DNA of 63,326 nucleotides, counting the filler, from Octopus bimaculoides (Eukaryota), in NCBI RefSeq assembly GCF_001194135.2. It is 7 parts of 7 records of this genome, joined end to end, with 100 filler letters (N's around TTAATTAATTAA, not from the genome) between each part and the next. Parts side by side here need not be neighbours in the genome. Positions count along the whole stretch, not along the records: positions 61,950 to 63,326 come from NW_026383595.1; 6 more parts are not named here. One strand, 5' to 3'. The notes under the pieces were generated by a model. It was not told the DNA's origin and made no database searches. It was given only the letters and a program-made list of their open reading frames with translations. This document shows positions 63,110 to 63,326 of this stretch, piece after piece. The stretch's first letter is position 1, and every line of letters starts with the position of its first letter. Made by a program: the position numbers and the translations under genes.

Positions 63110-63326
63110 CAGAGAGCCCCTTTGGTCATGACTGACCATGGGATTGCACCTAGGAAGTTACCCTCCCAGGCACAAGTTCGGGCAAGGTTGTTTATGGAAG
63201 ACCAGCAGTCACCCATGCATACCAGCCTCCCCTCTCCATGCCACCAGTGTTATCCAAGGGAAAGGCAAAGACCGATTACAGCTTGGCACCTGTGACGTCG
63301 CAACTCATTTCTACAGCTGAGTGAAC
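63110..63326 (-). mobile_element. SINE body/tail (head beyond window edge)
   Basis: Minus strand gttcactcagctgtagaaatgagttgcgacgtc... central domain followed by a LINE-like tail. Confidence 0.6.

Noticed and set aside
1-63326. CRISPR arrays, rRNA or prokaryotic operons
   Set aside because: None seen; the tandem repeats lack unique spacers and the DNA is eukaryotic.

Overview
AT-rich, microsatellite-saturated eukaryotic genomic DNA with many N gaps. The tRNA-derived SINE families and repeat style point to a coleoid cephalopod, probably Octopus (inference). Two host genes are supported. The first is the last five coding exons of a choline-transporter-like gene (SLC44A1/CTL1-like, + strand, 36463-43393); its upstream exons were not found in the window. 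The second is an intronless RPA3 (- strand, 53213-53578) with two E2F sites and an ETS site upstream. The rest is mostly transposon debris: mariner, maT-like DD37D Tc1/mariner elements with intact TIRs, an internally deleted Helitron with both ends, RTE LINEs, Penelope-like GIY-YIG fragments, an R4/Dong-like LINE fragment, a solo LTR, SINEs and several foldback elements. The most notable unannotated signals are a near-intact minimal type I hammerhead ribozyme with palindromic stem III (34613-34727) inside a large inverted duplication, plus eroded hammerhead relatives; a Merlin-like MITE filled with TTAGGG-like repeats; and a candidate exon whose only defect is one in-frame TGA. All calls were made by eye, without database searches.
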